Of a stretch of DNA of 10,176 bases, positions 7,366 through 10,176 are shown in pieces. Position numbers and translations under genes: made by a program. Under the pieces are notes generated by a model. The model searched no databases, was not told the DNA's origin, and saw only the letters and a program-made list of their open reading frames with translations. Source of the stretch: Naegleria gruberi (lineage: Eukaryota); assembly GCA_000004985.1 (NCBI GenBank), contig GG739028.1. One strand, written 5' to 3'. Each line of letters opens with the position of its first letter. The stretch's first letter is position 1.

Positions 7366-7965
7366 CTAGACCTTCATGATTGGTAAAACTCCCAATTCCT
7401 TCTCCAACTGTTTCTCATACGATGCTTGGAAACGAGTATAATTATCCAACATGTTGTGTTCACAAGCTGTTTGAATTCTATCAAACATTTCAGATGTAAT
7501 TGCAAATATTGTTCGTTTCTTTGGTGAATCAGTTCCTGAAGGTGAGCCACTGGAACCTCTGATTGCACTTTCTCTCAAAGCTTCAAATGTTTTCATTATT
7601 TCTGGAATTCCAAAATCCTTTCTTGAAATATTCAATTCAAGAGGAGCTCCAAGTCGAATATATGTATTACAAATATTGTAAAATAATTCTCTTCTTTGTT
7701 TTTCTGATTTGATTGCTTTGAATTTTTCAATGGCGTTCCACATCATGACATCTTCACATGCAAAACACTTTTCTGAGAATTTCAGAAAGAGATCATTCCA
7801 CTTTTCATTCAGTAAAATCTTTCGAATATTACTTTCGGAATTCATTGTTTCAGATAGTTGAATGGAATTTGATTTTTGAGTTGTTTCAGAATTGTCTGTT
7901 TTTGTCAGTTCTGATTTGAATCTTTGCAGAATGAAAACAGGATATGTAAATGACACGAATGTATC
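7366..7965 (-). CDS. RGS (regulator of G-protein signalling) domain exon / C-terminal region of the membrane-RGS gene; RGS box approx 7396-7833
   Basis: Minus-strand translation has hallmark RGS-box motifs: LFLKFSEKCFACEDVMMWNAIEKFK...ELFYNICNTYIRLGAPLELNI...FDRIQTACEHNMLDNYTRFQAS. The frame is open 40 codons upstream of the first Met (to 7965) and equals the frame of the upstream 7TM ORF, suggesting a fusion. The 5' junction is unresolved. Confidence 0.8.
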   Translation of the reverse strand, partial: DTFVSFTYPVFILQRFKSELTKTDNSETTQKSNSIQLSETMNSESNIRKILLNEKWNDLFLKFSEKCFACEDVMMWNAIEKFKAIKSEKQRRELFYNICNTYIRLGAPLELNISRKDFGIPEIMKTFEALRESAIRGSSGSPSGTDSPKKRTIFAITSEMFDRIQTACEHNMLDNYTRFQASYEKQLEKELGVLPIMKV

Positions 7966-8100
7966 TCACATGCATCCAATTAAAATTGTAATTGTCCATG
8001 GGAAATAATAATCAACACTTTACAATAATTGTAAAAAATTACAAATATTCAAAAAACATACTATGAATTAATGATTGAGAATTGTGAAGCAACTCCATAC
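7922..8100 (-). other. Candidate intron (GTATGG...AAAG, 179 nt) joining the TM6 region to the RGS exon; very uncertain. An alternative is two separate genes, with the RGS protein starting at the ATG at 7845
   Basis: The only phase-compatible GT/AG pair found by hand that avoids stops (gives ...VLVIIL-L-FKSELTK...). The donor is non-consensus, the AAG acceptor is rare, and the better GTATGT at 8056-8061 gives an in-frame stop with every available AG. Confidence 0.2.
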
Positions 8101-9168
8101 AATATAATAACCAGCACCCAAAATACACTAATCACAACAACTTCAATCTTGACATTCCAAACATCTCTCTTTGTAAACAATGCAACAATGGAAACAATTA
8201 AGGAAATGAAAATATAAAAAGCTGCATATGAAATAAATACATATTGATCTGAAATAGTCCACAATTGCAATAATGTAATAAATCATAATGTGCAACGCCA
8301 CAATTAATCCATAGACCACAAAGATGAATTTAGTTCCTACAATGAATCTAAAGAGTGTAAATAATCTCTTTTCAAATATTTCCCATTTGGTTTTGTTTCT
8401 GAAAAGAATTTCCATATCCAATTGTTCATCTTGTAAAATTCCTGTAGAGCTGTCTTGTGTGGTTGATAATGAAAATGAGGACAAACTCTTTTGTTTTTCA
8501 ATATTGTCAGAGAGTCCACTTGATGATGATGTGTTTTCTCCAGTATTAGATTTAGCTGTTGATGAGCTAGTTGGATTTAGTTCAGTTTCGGTTGTTTCAG
8601 TAATTTGTTTAGGATTATCTGATGATATCGAATGACGCAGTTCATATTGTCTATTACCAATCCTCACTTTCAATTCATATAATTTTGTCAATATCAACAA
8701 TCTAATACATCTCAATATGACAGTATTCGAAAGTGCAGGCACAGCCAAATAATAGATTAGTGAAAATATGAAACATGGATAAATCTTTCGTCCAATTAAC
8801 ACTCTAGTCATTAATACGAAAGTATAGGTCCATCCAATAATTGCTCCCATGACCATCAATGCTGGATTCCTGGCAACCTGCAAATAATTCACCACTTGTT
8901 TGTGTTCCTTTTGGAGAATATGCAACTTTCTCAATTTATAAACTAAACCTCCAACCGAAACTAATAACAAGCTTGTGTGAAGGAACAACACAATAGCTGA
9001 AATAACAATGGCCGAAGTGGTGTCATCACACAATCCCTTCTCACTCTTGTTTCCTTGTGAAAGGAGGAGTGGATGACAGATCGTTGAATCATTTGTACTG
9101 GGATTCGAATAGTTAGAGACCAACAACGCATCAAATATTGCCGTAGGAAAGATCACTTTGGCAGACAT
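8064..9168 (-). CDS. Multi-pass (about 6-7 TM) membrane region of a GPCR-like/RGS-fusion protein with a long Ser/Thr-rich hydrophilic loop; contains a 1-nt frame discontinuity at ~8245-8285
   Basis: ATG at 9168-9166 behind aaaaaaaaacacc. Hydrophobic helices: SAIVISAIVLFLHTSLLLVSVGGLV; ALMVMGAIIGWTYTFVLMTRVLIG; IYPCFIFSLIYYLAVPALSNTVIL; KFIFVVYGLIVALHIMIYYIIAIV. Then, in the +1 frame (ORF 8061-8282), YVFISYAAFYIFISLIVSIVALF and VVVISVFWVLVIILYGVA. The main frame after 8245 translates to C/F/Y-rich junk and stops at 8143. Confidence 0.6.
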
Positions 9169-9174
9169 ATGGTG

Positions 9175-9183
9175 TTTTTTTTT
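9175..9183 (-). promoter_or_regulatory. A9 tract (T9 on + strand) 6 nt upstream of the minus-strand ATG at 9168
   Basis: Minus strand reads caacaaaaaaaaacaccATGtct. Confidence 0.3.
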
Positions 9184-9422
9184 GTTGTTAGAAAGGTGAA
9201 AGTACCGTATTTCTAAAATTGTGTAGTGGATTCCCTTTTGGGTGCCATTTTACATTGTGTTCGCGATATAGAACCAACACGAAATATGAAACGACGATTT
9301 TATTTTGTGGACTATCAATTACCACCTACTTGAGAAGGCAAATATTTCAATCTTGGTGAAATCAAAAGGACGACCACCTTGCAAAGTACAGGTTCCTTTC
9401 TTGGAAATTTCTGCAAATGATT

Positions 9423-10176
9423 TTACATAAATAAAGTAGTTTGAATCAGTTTTTGGAGTTGCTTTTTGTTTTTCAAGTGATTGTTAATTATTTCAGCTCG
9501 CTCAGAGTCTTTTCCAATTGGGTTTTCAAAATAAACAGATTGTTTCTCAGATTCACTCCAAATAATGGCAAGAAAGCCATAACGTGTTGATTGCTCATTC
9601 ACTTCCTTCTTAAATTCCTCAATAGATGTTTTTGGGTTGATGGTAAGAATCAATTGATTTTGATATCTGAAACGTGTTTGCAATTCAAAATGATATAGTT
9701 GATTTGAGTCTAATAAGGCACATTTCATATTGTTAATTGATATTTTGATTTCAAGAGGTTTTGTTTTTGAAAACTTGTTGCCTTTGAAATAGTTCAAACT
9801 TGGGAAAATGGCACCTGACAAGTCACATTGGTTGAAACTGTTCTCCCAATCATCACTGAAACAATATCCAAACATATTACAGGATTCAAATTCACAATTT
9901 TCAAATTTAGCACCTGATTGCTTCCAAAATTCACAGTCTTTGAATAAGGTATTTACAAATACTTTTCCTTTCAAAGATTCTTGATCGAATGATTTCTTTT
10001 CAAATTTTAAAATTGGGGTACAGTTTCTGAACGTTGCATTTTCGGGATTGGAATTAGTGAAATCTATATTTTGAAAATCGCAATTTTCGAAACATGTATA
10101 TTTTAAATTGCATGAGGTAAGATTTGCTGCAGAAAAGTTTCTACAAGATCTGAATTGTGCACTCTCAAGATAGAAT
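9423..10176 (-). CDS. Pentapeptide-repeat protein, 5'-partial (N-terminus lies beyond the window end), with a ~130-aa non-repeat C-terminal region
   Basis: Minus frame is open from 10175 to the TAA at 9425-9423. Hand translation gives consecutive 5-residue units with a central F/L: CRNFS AANLT SCNLK YTCFE NCDFQ NIDFT ... FENCEFESCNMFGYCF. The ORF track's M at 9974 is a TTG, not the real start. Confidence 0.7.
   Translation of the reverse strand, partial: FYLESAQFRSCRNFSAANLTSCNLKYTCFENCDFQNIDFTNSNPENATFRNCTPILKFEKKSFDQESLKGKVFVNTLFKDCEFWKQSGAKFENCEFESCNMFGYCFSDDWENSFNQCDLSGAIFPSLNYFKGNKFSKTKPLEIKISINNMKCALLDSNQLYHFELQTRFRYQNQLILTINPKTSIEEFKKEVNEQSTRYGFLAIIWSESEKQSVYFENPIGKDSERAEIINNHLKNKKQLQKLIQTTLFM

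Noticed and set aside
8231-8249. A 19-nt GT...AG segment (gtatttatttcatatgcag, minus strand) that would restore the frame in the 7TM gene as a micro-intron
   Set aside because: It is far below plausible spliceosomal intron length for a standard-code eukaryote and would delete part of a TM helix. A homopolymer indel is a simpler explanation.
8324-8635. Plus-strand ORFs 8324-8635 and 8337-8519 (-), 6691-6909 (-), 7374-7568 (-), 3051-3356 (-), 3984-4256 (-), 4168-4365 (-), 1633-1818 (-), 1815-2030 (-), 216-404 (-)
   Set aside because: They are antisense or out-of-frame overlaps of much better-supported genes. Their translations are C/F/Y/L/H-rich low-complexity sequence typical of non-coding frames in AT-rich DNA.

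Overview
This window is an AT-rich (~65-68% AT), gene-dense eukaryotic nuclear scaffold with two runs of N (2349-2398, 5167-6044). It is not prokaryotic: it encodes an RGS domain fused to a multi-pass membrane protein, a TET/JBP-family dioxygenase, SAM-like repeats and AATAAA signals, and intergenic regions are short and intron-poor. The TET/JBP catalytic region closely resembles, from memory, Naegleria Tet-like dioxygenases (HRIxKPHKDN...HVV...RIxxVxFAHK). I therefore suspect a heterolobosean (Naegleria-like) source, but this is recall, not a search. Gene content, left to right: a small 4-TM protein (813-1268, +); a SAM-like repeat protein with an internal ~297-bp tandem duplication, cut by the first gap (1463-2348, +); a large hypothetical ORF (3169-4359, +) immediately followed, in another frame, by a long ORF whose C-terminus is the TET/JBP double-stranded beta-helix domain (4365-6455, + split by the 878-N gap); a hypothetical protein (6507-7091, +); a minus-strand multi-TM plus RGS-domain gene (9168 to 7366); and a minus-strand pentapeptide-repeat protein that runs off the 3' end of the window (9423->10176). 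Notable extras: a ~125-bp dispersed copy of the RGS gene 3' end (last ~22 codons plus 3'UTR) at 590-713, same orientation as the genuine gene end at 7293-7437; A9-11 tracts just upstream of three start codons; and at least three to four one-nucleotide frame discontinuities inside otherwise homologous coding sequence at T homopolymers, which I read as assembly indels or pseudogenization. No rRNA, tRNA or CRISPR features were found. Exact exon junctions in the 7TM-RGS gene could not be resolved by eye.
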